64,000 nt of DNA. Source: Halodesulfurarchaeum sp. (lineage in GTDB: Archaea > Halobacteriota > Halobacteria > Halobacteriales > Halobacteriaceae). The notes beneath the pieces are model-generated. The model ran no database searches and was not told the origin of the DNA. It was given only the letters and a program-made list of their open reading frames with translations. Location of the stretch: contig JAXHNL010000002.1 of the NCBI GenBank assembly GCA_034520565.1, positions 1,152,001 to 1,216,000 on the forward strand, in the 5' to 3' direction. A program made the position numbers and the translations under genes. Of the stretch, positions 52,901 to 62,019 are shown in pieces. The stretch's first letter is position 1. Every line of letters starts with the position of its first letter.

Positions 52901-52918
52901 AGACGAACATGTTCGTCT
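52901..52918. promoter_or_regulatory. Perfect 18-bp palindrome AGACGAACATGTTCGTCT (CGAA-N4-TTCG core)
   Basis: Seen directly; core ends 39 bp before the ATG at 52954. Confidence 0.75.
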
Positions 52919-52953
52919 CCCTGCATTTATTCGGTGAGCCCTTCGATTCGTCT

Positions 52954-53343
52954 ATGAAGACTGCCAGTGCTGAAAGCGATCTGCAGACGACGGTGACCGT
53001 TCGGTGTACGGGTCATATTTACGAGGCCGTCGGCGATTCGCGGTTCGAATACACCTTCGACGGCGAGACGCTCGCCGATTTCCTCGCGGCGTTTTTCGCG
53101 GACTTCGAGGTGGAGGATCTCGTCCTCGCCAGCGAGGAAAGCGAAGAGGTCACGAGCGGATGGGCGGAGCCACCCGAGGAGTTGCCCGGCACGTGGAACC
53201 GCAATCCCGAGGGCGAACGGGTGCGTCGATACGCCCGCGTGACCGTCAACGGTCGGTTCAACGAGCACCTTGACGGGTTTCGAACGCGGCTGACAGATGG
53301 CGATCGGATCGGACTGCTGTATCCCTTCGTCTACTGTTTCTAA
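52954..53343 (+). CDS. MoaD/ThiS-like ubiquitin-fold protein lacking the C-terminal Gly-Gly
   Basis: TVTVRCTG, ETLADFL, RVTVNGRF...LTDGDRIGL; ends YPFVYCF. Confidence 0.7.
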   Translation: MKTASAESDLQTTVTVRCTGHIYEAVGDSRFEYTFDGETLADFLAAFFADFEVEDLVLASEESEEVTSGWAEPPEELPGTWNRNPEGERVRRYARVTVNGRFNEHLDGFRTRLTDGDRIGLLYPFVYCF

Positions 53344-53444
53344 CGCAAAACCACCGAAATCGCGGGAAAATCGGGTTAATTTTGCTGAATTCGCGCGGAC
53401 GATCTGCCCCCATTATCCCTTCGAACGTTCTACAAGCGATCGTC

Positions 53445-54281
53445 ATGAACCGACTCCTGACCGTGCTGGTGGCACTCGCCATGATCCTGTCCGTGACCGG
53501 ACCGGTGATGGCACTCGCCCCGGCAGATTCGACCGAACTCGCACAGACGACTGAGACGGAAGCAAACGACACCGCTGTCAACGAGACGCCGCCGGGCGTG
53601 ATGTTTGCCGGCTCGATCGCGGTGCAGCAGGAGGAGATGCGCGGTGAAATCGAACATCGCTCCTTCGGCCTGCAAATCGCCGCCGCGGCCACGAACCGAT
53701 CGAAGGCCCAGGTGCTCAATCGCACCCACGAACATCTCGAAGAGCGCTTGACGGAGATCGAAACCGAGATGGAACGCCTGAACCGGTCCCGGGCCAACGG
53801 TTCGATCTCCGAAGGCCAGTACCAGGTTCGACTGAGCGCCCTCACGACGAGGGTGGGGAATCTGGAGCAGATGGCCAACAGCACTAGTCGAACCGCCGCC
53901 ACGTTGCCCCGTGAGACCCTCGAGGCGAACGGTGTGAACGTCACCGCGCTCGAACAACTCCGCACCCACGCCCGCAACATGACGGGGCCGGAGACCGCGG
54001 CAATCGCCCGACAGATCGCGGGTGACCGCGCGGGTACCCCGATGGGACCGCCCGAAGGCATTCCTGGCGGCCCGCCTGAAGGGGTCCCGGCTGGTCCGGG
54101 CGGCGATACGGACAACGACACTCGAATGGGTCCCGGAAACGGAAGCGGTGATCGGCCCGGGACGGGAATGACCGAAACGACGACCGAGGGGACCTCGACG
54201 AACGAGACCGCTGACGGCGCCCCCGAGACCACTGAATCGGCACCGACGGGAGACGAAACGGCGGGGAACACAGGACAGTAA
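53445..54281 (+). CDS. Secreted helical protein with low-complexity Pro/Gly/Thr C-terminus
   Basis: Sec signal, many N-x-S/T sequons, GPPEG repeats. Confidence 0.7.
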   Translation: MNRLLTVLVALAMILSVTGPVMALAPADSTELAQTTETEANDTAVNETPPGVMFAGSIAVQQEEMRGEIEHRSFGLQIAAAATNRSKAQVLNRTHEHLEERLTEIETEMERLNRSRANGSISEGQYQVRLSALTTRVGNLEQMANSTSRTAATLPRETLEANGVNVTALEQLRTHARNMTGPETAAIARQIAGDRAGTPMGPPEGIPGGPPEGVPAGPGGDTDNDTRMGPGNGSGDRPGTGMTETTTEGTSTNETADGAPETTESAPTGDETAGNTGQ

Positions 54282-54284
54282 GCC

Positions 54285-54986
54285 ATGACCGATCGGAACG
54301 ACAAATTCTCGAAACGGACCGCGAGCATTGCTCTCGTGTTGCTCGTGGCGGTTTCCGGGCTTGGGATCGGCATTGGCCCGGCAATCGCGCAGGACACTCC
54401 CACTGAACCCACTGTCGACGTCGCGATCGACGACAGCGGAACGGTCGATCTCACGATCGTGATGACGTATGACCTCTCCGAGGCCTCCGAACAGGAGGCC
54501 TTCGAGGATCTCCGGACCGACGACGCCCTGCTCGAGGAGATGGAGACGCGGTTTTCCGAGCGGATGGATCGCGTGGCCATGGCGACTGCAGCGTTGACGA
54601 ATCGGTCTCCCGAGGTCACGGCGGTAGACGTCTCCCTGCAAACGAGTGATTCGACCGGGATCGTCGAACTCAGTGCCACCATTACCGGTCTGGTGGCGAT
54701 CGACGACGGAACGCTCACCCTCGCAGAACCGTTCGCGAGTGGCTTCCAGACCGATCGAACGCTGCGGATCACCGTTCCCGAGGGCTACGACGTCGACTCG
54801 GTGACGCCCGAGCCCGATGACCGGAGCGACGGCACCCTGGTCTGGGAGCCCGATCGCTCGCTCGACGGCTTCGAACTCGTGGCGAGCGAATCGGGTGAGG
54901 CGACGGCCACCTCCACTCCCGGTATGGGACTGCTGGCTGGGGGACTGGCGGTTCTCGGCGCGTCGCTGTACATTCGAAAGCGATAA
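54285..54986 (+). CDS. Cell-surface protein with a PGF-CTERM-like anchor
   Basis: Signal peptide; C-terminal TPGMG plus TM plus RKR. Confidence 0.7.
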   Translation: MTDRNDKFSKRTASIALVLLVAVSGLGIGIGPAIAQDTPTEPTVDVAIDDSGTVDLTIVMTYDLSEASEQEAFEDLRTDDALLEEMETRFSERMDRVAMATAALTNRSPEVTAVDVSLQTSDSTGIVELSATITGLVAIDDGTLTLAEPFASGFQTDRTLRITVPEGYDVDSVTPEPDDRSDGTLVWEPDRSLDGFELVASESGEATATSTPGMGLLAGGLAVLGASLYIRKR

Positions 54987-55109
54987 TCCGGGGCGGTTTC
55001 TTCTCGAGAGGTCCGATAGTCTTCGAACGCCCTGGAACACGACTCCAGGTGGTGCCAGTGTTGAGGGAGCTCCGTAACGAACCGAAATGTCCGTCGAAGC
55101 TTCGTCTTG

Positions 55110-56129
55110 CTACTCGTACGTGTGGAAGTCCACGGCCTGCTCGAGGAGTTCGTCAGGAATGCCGGGAACTTCTTCCTCCCGGACCGGCCCTTGTTCGGAA
55201 ATAATATCTGGGTCCCGGGGGAAGTCCCTGAGCTGGAAGTGGATGTCGATGCCGGCTTTGGCGCCCTGTCCGAGGGCGATCGGAACCTGGTTGTGACCTG
55301 GCGTACAGTCCCCAACCGCGTAGACGCCATCGACTGACGTGCGACCGTGGCCGTCGACCTCGATTGATCCGTCTGCGTTAATCTCACAGCCGAGTTCCCG
55401 CGCGAGGCCGTTATTGTATTCGGCCCCGTACATCGCGAATCCGCCCCTGTACTCCCGGACGGCACCATCTTCGAATTCGAGGGACTTCAACCACCCATCT
55501 TCCCCATTCTGGACGCCTGTCACGTCTTCATGGATGACGTCGATGGGATGGCCCTGGAGCATTTCGTCGGTTTCGTCGCTCCAATCGATCGGATCTCCTC
55601 TTGTCAGGAGGTCTACCTCGTCGGTGAAGTTGAGCATGAGGGCGGCGACGTGGGCCGCACTTTCGGCATGTCCCATCACGTACACCGATTTGTCGACGAA
55701 CATGTGGGCATCACAGTGCAGGCAGTAGTGGAGTCCTCGCCCCGTTCGGGGCAAGGGTGGATCGGGTCGGATGTCGGAAAACCCGGTGGCGAGTACGACG
55801 GCGTCGGCCGTATAGGTCGCGTTCGTCCCCGCAAGCTGGATCGTGCCCGACGCCGATCGGGAACACGATTCGACTTTGTCACGATGAAACTCGGTCCCGT
55901 ACGCTTCGAGTTGTTCCCGTCCGATACCGAGGAATTCGGCGCCGCTCGTTTCCTCTTTGACGCCGAGGAGGTTATGGACCTCCTGCATCATCGCCGCCCG
56001 TCCGCCGCCGCGATCGACGATCGCCGTTTCGTGTCCGAGCCTCGTGGTGTACATCGCTGCCGTCATCCCGGCAGGACCGCCGCCGACCACGACTACTTCG
56101 TACTGTTGGTCCGCGATTTTCTCACTCAT
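55110..56129 (-). CDS. NAD(P)/FAD-dependent oxidoreductase, thioredoxin reductase family
   Basis: GGGPAG, ATG, CLHCD redox motif, TSVDGVYAVGD. Confidence 0.88.
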   Translation of the reverse strand: MSEKIADQQYEVVVVGGGPAGMTAAMYTTRLGHETAIVDRGGGRAAMMQEVHNLLGVKEETSGAEFLGIGREQLEAYGTEFHRDKVESCSRSASGTIQLAGTNATYTADAVVLATGFSDIRPDPPLPRTGRGLHYCLHCDAHMFVDKSVYVMGHAESAAHVAALMLNFTDEVDLLTRGDPIDWSDETDEMLQGHPIDVIHEDVTGVQNGEDGWLKSLEFEDGAVREYRGGFAMYGAEYNNGLARELGCEINADGSIEVDGHGRTSVDGVYAVGDCTPGHNQVPIALGQGAKAGIDIHFQLRDFPRDPDIISEQGPVREEEVPGIPDELLEQAVDFHTYE

Positions 56130-56302
56130 GGATGTGAAAGACGGTGGCAGTTGACAAATAGTTCTCCGGTTTGACACACTTCTCGGATGGATGCATTCGA
56201 ATGTCCGTGCGGTGTGGACACCTACGGCCCTGTCGGGGGTGTGCAATCGGTCTCCACGACCGCGTTCTGGTTATGTGGCCCGGACTCTTCCTCTCGGATA
56301 CG

Positions 56303-56725
56303 ATGCCATCAGTGATTGCAGGACTCGTCGGCGGCCTTGTCGCTACGATCGTCATGAGTATCGGGATGAAACTTTTGGGTGGCGGGCCGCCGCCAACTGC
56401 TGCTCTCCTCGCAAAATTCATGGGTGGTGAGCCTGCGGCACACGCCAAACCGGGCATGCTCCTGCACATGATCTACGGGACCGGGGCGGGACTCGTGTTC
56501 GCCCTGGGCGTGCCAGTTCTGGGGTTCGATCTCGGATCGATCGGGACTGCTGTCGGACTCGGCCTGGGTTACGGACTCGTCCTGATGGTCGGCGGGATGG
56601 CCTTTTGGCTGAAGGGTATCATCGGGATGAAGCCAGACCGGGACATGCTCGTCACCTTCGGGATCGTGCACGTGGTCTACGGCCTCGTCTTGGGCGCCTT
56701 TCTCGGTACCGGGCTGCTCGCCTGA
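56303..56725 (+). CDS. Small four-TM membrane protein (DUF6789/DUF2938-like)
   Basis: GLVATIVMS, LHMIYG, HVVYGLVLG. Confidence 0.7.
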   Translation: MPSVIAGLVGGLVATIVMSIGMKLLGGGPPPTAALLAKFMGGEPAAHAKPGMLLHMIYGTGAGLVFALGVPVLGFDLGSIGTAVGLGLGYGLVLMVGGMAFWLKGIIGMKPDRDMLVTFGIVHVVYGLVLGAFLGTGLLA

Positions 56726-56758
56726 GGGCCACTCGAAAGACGGCTCCTCGGGACTGAC

Positions 56759-57355
56759 TCACCTGTCGGGGAACGACTCCCAGAAGACCTCGGGCAACGC
56801 TCGATCCTCGTTTCCATCGAGGGTTTCCTGCTGGGCGAGATTCGATTCCTCGATGCGGGCTGCTGCCTCTCCGGCCCAGACGTAGAACCCGACCAGGGTC
56901 TCACGACGCAACCGTTCGAGGTCGACCGGATGATAGACGTTCACCACCCCGCCTTCCTCGCGGTTCAACTGTGATTTTTGCAGCAACCCGATCTCGGCGA
57001 GGGTGTTCAGATATCGGGTGATCGTGCTTCGCTCGTACCCGAGTGCGTCTGCGACGTCGTTCGCGGAGCGGGGACCTTCACTGATGACGAAAAGGGCAAT
57101 ATCCAATCCAGGTTTGGGCAGTCCGAAGGCCTGGAGAAGCACCTGTTTGACGTCCGGCGGTTTGACCGCCATCTCCACGTCGGTCACCCGCTCCATCGGC
57201 TTGTTGTGACAGGTCATCGGCGGGTCGCTCCGACCCAGGGCGAGCACGATGTTGTCACAGTCCGGACATTCGAACAGGTCATACCGGCTGGTTTCGGGAT
57301 CGTACGCCACTTTCTCCGTTCCAACCGTGGGGTTCTCAGCGTTGTCCACAGCCAT
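56759..57355 (-). CDS. Desulforedoxin-like metal-binding domain fused to a winged-helix regulator
   Basis: FECPDCDNIV...MTCHNKPME followed by SANDVADALGYERSTITRYLNTLAEIGLL. Confidence 0.75.
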   Translation of the reverse strand: MAVDNAENPTVGTEKVAYDPETSRYDLFECPDCDNIVLALGRSDPPMTCHNKPMERVTDVEMAVKPPDVKQVLLQAFGLPKPGLDIALFVISEGPRSANDVADALGYERSTITRYLNTLAEIGLLQKSQLNREEGGVVNVYHPVDLERLRRETLVGFYVWAGEAAARIEESNLAQQETLDGNEDRALPEVFWESFPDR

Positions 57356-57532
57356 CAATCCTCCTCTCCATTCGCTCGAGACGAGGATCGCCTCGAGTAT
57401 AATAGTCCCTGTTGCATTTTCCTCTCGCGAGACCTTTTCCCTTGGTCCGGATCGATCACGTCGTCTCGATTTTTCAGTCGATACGGCGATCCTGGTTCGA
57501 ACTGATCCCTCGTGGTTTGTCGGACGGCCAAT

Positions 57533-57940
57533 TCAGGCGAGCCGCTCGTGTTCGATCTTCATGCACCTGTCCTGAACGACTCGTTTGCCCTGCGCTTCGG
57601 CGCGTGCCGCGGCCTCGTCGTCCCTGATTCCCAGCTGGGTCCAGATCACGTCCACGTCTTCGCGATCGATCGCTTCCTCGACGATCCCGCTCACCTCCTC
57701 GCTGGGACGGAACACGTCGACGACGTCCACTTCCACCGGAATATCCGAGAGTGAGTCGAAGGCCGCCTGCCCGAATATCTCCTCGGCGAAGGGGTTGACC
57801 GGAATGACCGCATAGCCCTGCTCGATGAGGTAGGCCGGGACCTCGTGTGCATCCTTCCCGGGGGTCGTCGAGCAGCCGACCACGGCGACGGTATCGAGTT
57901 CGAGGATCTCGCGGAGTTCGTCGTCGGTTTCGACGGGCAT
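57533..57940 (-). CDS. CoA-binding protein (YccU-like)
   Basis: VAVVGCS, IPVNP, VDVFRP, WTQLGI, VQDRCM. Confidence 0.9.
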   Translation of the reverse strand: MPVETDDELREILELDTVAVVGCSTTPGKDAHEVPAYLIEQGYAVIPVNPFAEEIFGQAAFDSLSDIPVEVDVVDVFRPSEEVSGIVEEAIDREDVDVIWTQLGIRDDEAAARAEAQGKRVVQDRCMKIEHERLA

Positions 57941-58087
57941 GCCATGGAGAACGGCCGGTCGAGGAAAAAGTGTGCCGCCGAATTCGTGGGATTTCGGGCA
58001 CCGCTTCGTCATGCTCGGTGTCCAGGCCGGATCTGCGTGTGACAAAACCGTTCGACTTCTGGAGGGAAAGCCGGTACCCCTGGCCAA

Positions 58088-59107
58088 TTATGCCTCCGTG
58101 TCCTCCGAAATATTGAGTCCGGCGACGAGCCTGGCCGTGATTACCTGTTCGACGATATCGATCAACTGGTCATCATCGGCCGTGAACTCGGCGAAGATCC
58201 CGAGCGGGATTTCCCCGCCCGCCATGTCGTAGTGGCCACCGGCGCTCCCGACATCCCCAAAAGCGGCATCGAGTACGTCCCCGAGGTGCACTCGGGGATC
58301 CGGTGACCGGCCACTGAGATGGATGGACTCGCCGATGATGCCAAAGACGATGGCCGTATCGACCCCTTCCAGAGTTCCCAGGTAATCTGCAGCCTGCGGG
58401 AGCGCATCCCGTTCGGTGGTCCGGCCGACGTGTGAGATGAGGACCGACCCCTTGATCATTCGGTTCTCGATCGCCGTCCCAATCGCGTCGAGCGTTGCCC
58501 CAGTGACCGATGGTGACGACAATTGCTGGAGCAGCTTCACATCAACGTGTTCATGTAAGACCGCAGCCGCTTCGTATTCTTCGCTGGTCGTTCCACGGAG
58601 GAAGTCCAGGGTCTCGCGCCGAATCGCAAACAGGAGTGCCGTTGCAAGCACCGCGTCCATTTCGACGCCCAGTTCCCGGATGTATCCCGTCAGCATCGTC
58701 GCTGCAGCGCCGACTTCCTCCCGGTGATCCACGAATCGAGCTTCGATGTCTTCGGCGGGGTGGTGGTCGATTACGATGTCGATGGTCGTTCCCGGCGGAA
58801 CTCGGTTATTCACACCTGGAACCGAATGGTCGACGAACGCGACCAACGACCCGTCCGTTCGGTCCTGTAGTGTCGCGTTTTCGAACGGTTGAAGATCGAT
58901 ATCGACCAAATTGACGAACGCCCGGTTTTGCTGGTGGGAAATGTCCCCGCTATAGAAGATATTCCGTTCGTCGATGCCCGCAGCAGCCCCGATTCGTCCC
59001 AATGCGAGTGCACTTGCCAGGCAATCCGGATCCGGGTTGTTGTGACAAATGATGTTAAGCTCGTCCCCCTCGGCCAACAGTTCGTGAAGGCGGTTTGCTT
59101 TGCTCAT
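58088..59107 (-). CDS. DHH family phosphoesterase (NrnA-like)
   Basis: HNNPDPD, VDH, IDHHP, SGRS, AGGH. Confidence 0.9.
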   Translation of the reverse strand: MSKANRLHELLAEGDELNIICHNNPDPDCLASALALGRIGAAAGIDERNIFYSGDISHQQNRAFVNLVDIDLQPFENATLQDRTDGSLVAFVDHSVPGVNNRVPPGTTIDIVIDHHPAEDIEARFVDHREEVGAAATMLTGYIRELGVEMDAVLATALLFAIRRETLDFLRGTTSEEYEAAAVLHEHVDVKLLQQLSSPSVTGATLDAIGTAIENRMIKGSVLISHVGRTTERDALPQAADYLGTLEGVDTAIVFGIIGESIHLSGRSPDPRVHLGDVLDAAFGDVGSAGGHYDMAGGEIPLGIFAEFTADDDQLIDIVEQVITARLVAGLNISEDTEA

Positions 59108-59208
59108 GTGTGGTCGTACGGCTGCAGCCGAGTTAGTAGTGACCGGTCATGTGACGGTTTCATCCGGAGCTCCGACCGACTCCCGCTGACACTCCGCTCT
59201 CGTCACGT

Positions 59209-60018
59209 TCACTTCGCGCCGCGAACGACGTGCCCATACTTCAATACAGCGACGAAGAACGCCCCGCCGACGGCGTTCCCAAGCGTTGCCAACACCTGGA
59301 AGGACAGGTAATCGGCGAGGGACACGGACGGGGACATGAAGAGTCCGAAGAGGACCTCCACGTTCCCGGCGATGGAGTGTGGCAGATGGAGAATGCCGAT
59401 CGTCGCCGCGACGATCCAGATGATGAAAATCCGGCTGATCGTCTCCTGTGCGGCGGTGATCAACCAGGCCATCAGTCCCATCAACCACCCGGCGAAAATG
59501 CCGGCCACGAACAGCCAGGAAAGGTCGTGGCTGACGAGTTTGTTCGCGATAGTTCCGAACGCTTCCGGCGAGACCACGCCGAGCCCCGGCATGAGCAACA
59601 CCGCCAAGAGCGTGAAGAAGGCGCCACCGACGATATTCCCCACGTAGACGAGTCCCCAGAGCCGACCCAACTGGCCGAGCGACGCCTGTCTGTCGAGGAC
59701 CGGAATCACGGCTAGAGTGGTGTGTTCCGTGAACAGTTCGGACCGACCGAGGATGACGAACATGAACCCCACCGCGTAGGCGCTGGCCAGGAGGATTTCC
59801 GTCGAGAGGTCCCCGAAACTCCCCTCGGACAGGGTCAAAAGCACCGCCATGAGGAGCGGTCCGAAGCCGATGTCGAGCCCGGCGGAAAAGCCGGAGAGCA
59901 ACAACCCCGACCGTTCCCGCTCCATCTCGTGTAACCCACTTTCGATCAGCGAATCGAGGACCGCCGCTGACGGCATCTGTTGCATGTGGGCCAACGTCTC
60001 GGTGTCTTCTCGGTCCAC
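59209..60018 (-). CDS. Formate/nitrite transporter (FNT) family channel
   Basis: SELFTEHT, GNIVGG, AGWLM, LPHSIAG, LGNAVGG; start uncertain. Confidence 0.88.
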   Translation of the reverse strand: MDREDTETLAHMQQMPSAAVLDSLIESGLHEMERERSGLLLSGFSAGLDIGFGPLLMAVLLTLSEGSFGDLSTEILLASAYAVGFMFVILGRSELFTEHTTLAVIPVLDRQASLGQLGRLWGLVYVGNIVGGAFFTLLAVLLMPGLGVVSPEAFGTIANKLVSHDLSWLFVAGIFAGWLMGLMAWLITAAQETISRIFIIWIVAATIGILHLPHSIAGNVEVLFGLFMSPSVSLADYLSFQVLATLGNAVGGAFFVAVLKYGHVVRGAK

Positions 60019-60712
60019 AGATCTCTCCCCATCCAGATATCCAAACGAAACGGCACAAAGCTTTCCCTTGGTGCACATCGAGATCGGAGCCGGTACCGCT
60101 TCGAAGCGAACAGTGCACCCAGCCAATGGAAACCGGGCACATGAGCCGGTGGCATCGGAACCGTCAGTTCGCTCGAGTGACTCAGTCGCGGCCACGAAGC
60201 TATTCGGTCGGCGGACAGTTTTCGCCCTCGAATTCGTCGTGTCGTTCTGTTGGTTCCAAATTCGCTTCGGCCGAGTCTCACTGCAAAATCGACGATAACG
60301 CCGCTCGCTCCGGGTAAGGATACTGCACTCACTCGATCAAACGGAAATTCGCCGCATCGACCGGCCGCTTACAAAGGTAACAGCCCGTTTCGAGCATGTC
60401 TTCGCGGACGGCTTCGTCGACGAGGGGGGCCATCCCACAGTGTGGACAGGCAAATCGGTAGTTCGAGCCACACGATTGTTCGATATGTCTTAGTTGTCAT
60501 AATCTGGAGGTGGACGCGAGTAAATCTCCCACCGCACATTGTGGCCTTCCACGAACGGTGACGTTTTTAATCGCGGGCTGACGCTTTTTGGTTCCTGCCC
60601 AATCGATTGAGGTTCTGATGGGTGACACGATACCACCGTTTACCAGTAGAAAAGGGAGGTTTCCCTAAATAACCGAGAGTGGACGAGACAACGGGTTTAT
60701 ACCGGGAAGCGG

Positions 60713-60890
60713 TCGAACGGGATTGAAACCCGATGGCGAATCCGAACGCAGTGAGGATTCGCGTGGCTCAAATTTCTTCCGTGTGCGCTTCGCTCGCTCA
60801 CATGAGTTCGCTCGTTGCAGTGCTTGTGGTTCTACCGCTCGCAAAATCGAGACACTCGCTTCGCTCGTGTCTCGCATGCTCGACGGGAAT
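60713..60890. repeat. Distal copy of the tRNA-Glu-associated composite hairpin repeat
   Basis: Shares gcaaaatcgagacactcgcttcgctcgtgtctcgcatgctcgacggga and gatggcgaatcc...ggattcgcgtggctcaaat with 62020-62406. Confidence 0.85.
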
Positions 60891-60976
60891 TCACCACGAG
60901 ATTCACGGCAAATCAACTGCACGGATCAATTCTCCCGGCGAAACACATTTGTAACACAGTATATTAATATGTATAC

Positions 60977-61279
60977 GTGCCATCGATCAGTGCCCGGATT
61001 CCAGACGACGAAGAGGCGGAAATCCTGGAGGTAATCGACATCCTCGGTGAAGACAAAAGTACGGTGATCCGAAAGGCTCTCAGCGAGGGTCTCGGCTCGC
61101 TCAGAGAGCGCATCGCCATCCAACGGTACCAGGCTGGTGAGATATCGGTCAATCAGGCTGCACGGCTGGCAGGCGTGAGCATCGCGGAGTGGCTCGAGAT
61201 TGCCCGCGAACACAACCTCACCACACAGCTCAAACCTGACGATCTCGATGCTGATGCTGATGCTGCTCGGGAGCTATGA
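60977..61279 (+). CDS. UPF0175 family antitoxin
   Basis: MPSISARIPD, DKSTVIRKAL, YQAGEISVNQAARLAGVS. Confidence 0.85.
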   Translation: MPSISARIPDDEEAEILEVIDILGEDKSTVIRKALSEGLGSLRERIAIQRYQAGEISVNQAARLAGVSIAEWLEIAREHNLTTQLKPDDLDADADAAREL

Positions 61280-61800
61280 CTCGGATATTTCTCGATGCCA
61301 CCACGTTGATCAGCCTTGGTTCGCTCGGCGAACTGGAGTTGCTCACGAATTTCTCCGGGGATCTGGTCGTCCTGCCAGCGGTGCAATCTGCGGTCGATAC
61401 GGAGCCAGCACGCACGAACCTCGAGAGCTTCCTCGAATCACACGATATCCAATCTGGAGGTCACGAGTATGCAGATCAAATTCCCCGGGCGCTGTCACTT
61501 CTCGAGGAATCAGAGAGCAATGGTGACGTGGAAATCATTGCAGCAATACTCACTCAACGAGCGGACGATAGACCTGCCGGAGTAGTCTCGGATGATCGGC
61601 GAATCAGGACCACCGCCGATGCCTTCGGAGCGACAGTGACGGGAACAATCGGTGTGCTGGTTCGAGCCGTCGAGGCTGGAGTCGAGGAAGAGGACGGACT
61701 CGATATCCTCGAGCGGATCGATTCGCGTGGACTTCATATGACCGGTGAATTGCGAGAAAAGGCCGAGTCGCTGATTCACGAAGCGGCCGAAGAAAGCTGA
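61276..61800 (+). CDS. PIN-domain (VapC/DUF3368-like) toxin
   Basis: IFLDATTLI, GDVEII, VSDDRRIR, VTGTIGVL; ATGA overlap with the antitoxin. Confidence 0.85.
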   Translation: MTRIFLDATTLISLGSLGELELLTNFSGDLVVLPAVQSAVDTEPARTNLESFLESHDIQSGGHEYADQIPRALSLLEESESNGDVEIIAAILTQRADDRPAGVVSDDRRIRTTADAFGATVTGTIGVLVRAVEAGVEEEDGLDILERIDSRGLHMTGELREKAESLIHEAAEES

Positions 61801-62019
61801 GCCAGTTCTTGGACACACTCAATCTCGAAGTTCGACGACACCAAGCCCTCTTATGACGGACTCGTTCGATGGGTCGCTGCCGCTGACCGAGACGAGATCC
61901 GGGCAATCAATGACTCACTCGATAGCGAGTGATCGCCAAACTGGATGGTGCCACGTGAAAATCTATCTGGATTAGCGCCCACGTGAACCGGGAAACCGGA
62001 CGTTATTCACCGCGAAGCT

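Noticed and set aside
54040-54110. Short tandem GPPEG-coding repeats
   Set aside because: An ordinary low-complexity linker in a secreted protein.
55696-55707. CGAACATGTGGG match to the regulon motif
   Set aside because: It lies inside the oxidoreductase CDS (encodes AHMFV on the minus strand) and is likely coincidental.
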